Positions 62,174 to 64,000 of a stretch of 64,000 bases of DNA are shown here, one piece after another; within the stretch, counting starts at the first letter, position 1, and every line of letters starts with the position of its first letter. The position numbers and the translations under genes are program-made. The stretch is taken from the NCBI GenBank assembly GCA_041908445.1, contig JAYRFK010000008.1, forward strand, positions 90,583 to 154,582, read 5' to 3'. The notes under the pieces were generated by a model. It was not told where the DNA came from. It ran no database searches and saw only the letters and a program-made list of their open reading frames with translations. The stretch is from Acidimicrobiales bacterium. GTDB taxonomy: Bacteria; Actinomycetota; Acidimicrobiia; Acidimicrobiales; DATDAH01.

Positions 62174-63176
62174 TTCCGACCTCAGCCGGGCGCTCGAGGG
62201 CGTCCTGGCGGAGGCGCTCGGCACCGACGGGGTGCGGGTGGAGGGGCTCCACCGCCTCTCCGGCGGCGCCTCCCGGGAGACCTTCGCACTCGACGCGGTC
62301 GGCCCCGACGGGACGACGCGGCCCCTGATCCTGCAGCGGGAGCGGCCCGGCGGCGCCATCGGCACCGGCGGGGGCACCTCCACGGAGGCCGGCCTCCTGC
62401 GCGCGGCGGCCGCCCAGGGCGTGCCCGTGCCGGCGGTCGTCGCCACCGGCCCCGCCGAGGCCCGCCGACCGGGCGAGGGTGAGGGTGAGCCGCTGGCGGC
62501 CGCCTACCTGGTGGTCGAGCGCCTCGAGGGCGAGACGATCCCGCGCCGGATCCTGCGCGACGAGCAGTACGCCGACGCGAGGAGGGTGCTCGCCGCCCAG
62601 TGCGGCCGGGCCCTCGCAGGCATCCACCGGATCCCCGTCGAGGACGTGACCGGGCTGCACGACCGCGACCAGATCGTCCAGTTCCGTGACCTGATGGACG
62701 CGCTCGGCGAGCCCCACCCCGCGTTCGAGCTGGCCTTCCGGTGGTTGGAGGCCAACCGGCCACCCACCGGGCCGCCTCGCGTCGTCCACGGCGACTTCCG
62801 CAACGGCAACCTCATCGTCGGCCCCGAGGGTCTGCGCGCCGTGCTCGACTGGGAGCTGGCCCACCTCGGCGACCCGATGGAGGACCTCGGCTGGCTGTGC
62901 GTGAAGGCGTGGCGCTTCGGGGCGGCGCCGCCGGTCGGCGGGTTCGGGCAGTACGCGGAGCTCTTCGAGGCGTACGCCGAGGCCGCCGGGCTCGCGGACG
63001 GGGTCGACCCCGACGTGGTGCGCTGGTGGGAGGTCCTCAGCACCGTGAAGTGGGGGATCATGTGCATCATCCAGTCCGCCTCCCACCTGCGGGGCTTCTC
63101 CCGCTCCGTCGAGCTGGCCGCGATCGGCCGGCGCACCTGCGAGAACGAGCACGACGTGCTCGCGCTGCTGCCGTGA
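62127..63176 (+). CDS. APH-like phosphotransferase family protein
   Basis: LSGGASRETF and the Brenner-like VVHGDFRNGNLIV...VLDWELAHLGDPMEDL are present. The start is uncertain (GTG 62127 or TTG 62157). Confidence 0.8.
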   Translation: MARRSTPTRPLPPPADSDLSRALEGVLAEALGTDGVRVEGLHRLSGGASRETFALDAVGPDGTTRPLILQRERPGGAIGTGGGTSTEAGLLRAAAAQGVPVPAVVATGPAEARRPGEGEGEPLAAAYLVVERLEGETIPRRILRDEQYADARRVLAAQCGRALAGIHRIPVEDVTGLHDRDQIVQFRDLMDALGEPHPAFELAFRWLEANRPPTGPPRVVHGDFRNGNLIVGPEGLRAVLDWELAHLGDPMEDLGWLCVKAWRFGAAPPVGGFGQYAELFEAYAEAAGLADGVDPDVVRWWEVLSTVKWGIMCIIQSASHLRGFSRSVELAAIGRRTCENEHDVLALLP

Positions 63177-63186
63177 GGGTCGGGCC

Positions 63187-63531
63187 GTGACCCCGCCGCA
63201 CGACGCCCCCAGCGCCGCCGAGCTGGTGGAGGCGGTTCGGGAGTTCCTGTCCGAGGACGTGCTCGGCGCCACCGAGGGACGCATCCAGTTCCACACCCGG
63301 GTGGCGATCAACGTCCTCGGCATGGTCCAGCGCGAGCTCGAGGCCGGTGCGGGCCCGGGCCGGGCGCACGCGGAGCGCCTCGCGGCACTGGGCGTGGCCG
63401 ACGACGCCGAACTGGGCGCCGCCATCCGCTCGGGGGCGCTCGACGACCGCTACGACGAGGTGAAGGCGGCCGTGTGGGCCAGCGTGCGCGACAAGCTCGC
63501 CGTGGCCAACCCCCGCTACCTCGAGCCGTGA
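63187..63531 (+). CDS. Small conserved protein that typically follows APH-like phosphotransferases (DUF6285-like, from memory)
   Basis: 114 aa with high GC3. It starts PSAAELVEAVREFLSEDV... Confidence 0.6.
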   Translation: MTPPHDAPSAAELVEAVREFLSEDVLGATEGRIQFHTRVAINVLGMVQRELEAGAGPGRAHAERLAALGVADDAELGAAIRSGALDDRYDEVKAAVWASVRDKLAVANPRYLEP

Positions 63532-63569
63532 CGCGCCGTGTGCCGCCGACGGCGGGGTAGGAGCCGGCG

Positions 63570-64000
63570 ATGCACCTGCTCGAGGACGGACGCCGCGTGG
63601 ACGACGTGCTCGACCCCTACCGCGACGTCGACCGCGTGCGGCCGGAGGGCGGCGCGTGGGTGCTCGCCAACATGGTCGGCGGCCTCGACGGGACCGCGGC
63701 CATCGGCGGCCGGGTCGGCGCGCTGACGGGCGGCGCCGACGCCACCTTGTTCCGGCGGCTGCGGGCCCTGGCCGACGTCGTGCTCGTCGGCGCCGAGACG
63801 GTGCGGGCGGAGCGGTACGGCCCGGTGCGCCTGGACGACGACCTGGTGGTGGCGCGCACGGCGGCGGGCCGTCCGTCGGTGCCGCCCATCGTCGTGGTGA
63901 GCGGGTCGCTCCGCCTCGACTGGGAGGGGCCCCTCTTCGCCGACGCCGCGGCCGGCAGCCCGACGCTCGTCGCCACGACCGCGGCCGCCGCCGCCTCCGA
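63570..64000 (+). CDS. RibD_C / dihydrofolate-reductase-like pyrimidine reductase family protein, 3'-truncated by the window end
   Basis: This ORF is not in the supplied track because no stop codon is reached. My own translation gives MHLLEDGRRVDD...VLANMVGGLDGTAAIGGRVGALTGGADATLFRRLRALADVVLVGAETVRAERY, the RibD_C signature. Confidence 0.7.
   Translation, partial: MHLLEDGRRVDDVLDPYRDVDRVRPEGGAWVLANMVGGLDGTAAIGGRVGALTGGADATLFRRLRALADVVLVGAETVRAERYGPVRLDDDLVVARTAAGRPSVPPIVVVSGSLRLDWEGPLFADAAAGSPTLVATTAAAAAS

Noticed and set aside
1-64000. Search for rRNA, tRNA, CRISPR arrays, transposases/IS elements, integrases, and canonical defence or toxin-antitoxin modules.
   Set aside because: No non-coding gap exceeds about 280 bp. 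I saw no regularly spaced direct repeats, no cloverleaf-like segments in the gaps I read, and no translated product with transposase, integrase, Cas or restriction-enzyme motifs. The only nuclease-like gene is the DUF222-HNH protein.

Overview
This is a very GC-rich (about 70% by eye), densely packed actinobacterial-type chromosomal segment, with codon usage and gene content resembling Acidimicrobiia or another high-GC Actinomycetota. I support about 70 protein-coding genes. I see no rRNA, tRNA, CRISPR array, transposase or integrase.

Contents from left to right:
- 2-5440: a complete, translationally coupled cytosolic group-3b-type [NiFe]-hydrogenase operon. It comprises a 4Fe-4S beta subunit (5'-truncated by the window edge), a stand-alone cNMP-binding protein, a FAD/NAD gamma subunit, the small and large subunits, an endopeptidase, HypC, and an uncharacterised protein with a HypC-like C-terminus.
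- 5.3-11 kb: metal-related membrane genes. These are a UPF0016/GDT1 transporter, a YVTN beta-propeller protein and a His-rich membrane protein. The His-rich gene faces a gene of unknown function across a perfect 22-bp palindrome.
- 11.2-14.4 kb: a DUF222/HNH (REP13E12-like) gene and a secreted 7-bladed PD40 propeller protein.
- 14.6-31.5 kb: housekeeping and accessory genes. They include Tat-lipoprotein PhoD, YaaA, a DUF35+thiolase pair, a membrane SGNH hydrolase, MFS transporters, CorA, a MarR-MFS pair, a VOC-sulfotransferase pair and an FKBP isomerase.
- 32-43 kb: a catabolic cluster of amidohydrolases, a D-aminoacylase, a neutral ceramidase, an epoxide-hydrolase-like protein, a Rieske oxygenase and an SDR.
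- 43-47 kb: AzlCD, then the most unusual locus in the window. It is a lipoprotein cupredoxin / NosD-like beta-helix lipoprotein / DUF1996 operon, closed by a perfect 21-bp hairpin.
- 47-52 kb: a Cys-type sulfatase, an orphan Flp pilin with a strong terminator, and a large DUF11-like secreted protein placed behind a Ser/Thr kinase. The secreted protein shares a C-terminal domain of about 140 aa with the PD40 protein 35 kb away.
- 52-64 kb: glutaryl-CoA and acyl-CoA dehydrogenases, thiamine pyrophosphokinase, two paralogous coiled-coil M23 peptidases, an orphan ABC ATPase, tandem CNNM/CorC proteins, an APH-like phosphotransferase, and a 3'-truncated RibD_C-type reductase.

No canonical defence or mobile system is recognisable. 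The candidate novel items are the copper/DUF1996 operon, the shared C-terminal domain, the palindromic operator and hairpin elements, and the hydrogenase accessory genes. All functional calls rest on motifs read from the translations and on remembered family knowledge. No database search was run.
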